Below, one piece after another: positions 63,789 to 64,000 of a DNA stretch of 64,000 bases. Made by a program: the position numbers and the translations under genes. The notes under the pieces were generated by a model. It was not told the origin of the DNA, did no database searches, and saw only the letters and a program-made list of their open reading frames with translations. Each line of letters begins with the position of its first letter. The stretch's first letter is position 1. Source of the DNA: Hyphochytrium catenoides. Lineage: Eukaryota; Protista; Hyphochytriomycota. The stretch covers positions 38,908 to 102,907 of the forward strand of contig FLMG01004130.1 in NCBI GenBank assembly GCA_900088475.1, written 5' to 3'.

Positions 63789-64000
63789 GACCCCGCCACT
63801 CTTCCGGCGGCACTCTTTCATTTCTGAAATGTCCCTCTCCCGCCATCTCATCTCCTTCGTATGGGCTCTTACTCCCTCTCTAGGTGCTTGCGATGAAGAG
63901 GATCAGTAAGAACCACATGGCAAAGAGTAAGGAGGTGAAGCACCTGCAGAATGAAAGAAAGATTCTGGACTCTCTCCCCGATCATCCTTTTGTCATCAAG
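57648..64000 (+). CDS. cGMP-dependent protein kinase-like (PKG architecture): N-myristoylation motif, three CNB domains, AGC kinase domain truncated by the window end
   Basis: MGAAASF start (exon 57648-57785). CNB-A: VIIQGESGKEFY|VVEDG…FGELALIYN|APRAATVRA. CNB-B: IVKQGEQGNEFFIIQE|G…FGERALLSNNFIRTATI. Degenerate CNB-C: LTAQGEPAKYFYILKAG…FVGSELFNFSKYAVHSVA. Kinase: VLGAGSYGRVSMV…|VLAMKRISK…HLQNERKILDSLPDHPFVIK. Confidence 0.88.

Overview
Eukaryotic nuclear DNA from an intron-rich, (CT)n/(GA)n microsatellite-saturated genome. The proteins look stramenopile/ochrophyte-like (inference), and WDR19/IFT144 implies a flagellated stage. I rebuilt spliced gene models by hand from GT/GC-AG boundaries. 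In order: WDR19/IFT144 (+), an eIF2-alpha kinase (-), ADAT1/Tad1 tRNA adenosine deaminase (+), a TM-anchored LEA_2/DUF3712-like protein (+), a decayed rearranged Ty3/Gypsy cluster with a ~1 kb fold-back inverted repeat, an intronless protein joining CDCA7-type N-terminal motifs to a DUF3427-like (PUA-superfamily) domain (+), a Cys-rich mucin-stalk type I membrane protein (+), an FMC1-like LYR protein (-), a switch-degenerate kinesin (+), an FkbM-like methyltransferase (-), RPS7 (+), a microsatellite-poor island with an intronless RimJ/RimL GNAT (+), adenosine kinase (+), and a myristoylated three-CNB PKG-like kinase running off the right end (+). The best candidate for a novel system is the CDCA7-like/DUF3427-like fusion, a possible alternative modified-DNA reader for HELLS/DDM1, which lies next to the retroelement hairpin. 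Family calls come from motif recognition only; no searches were run.
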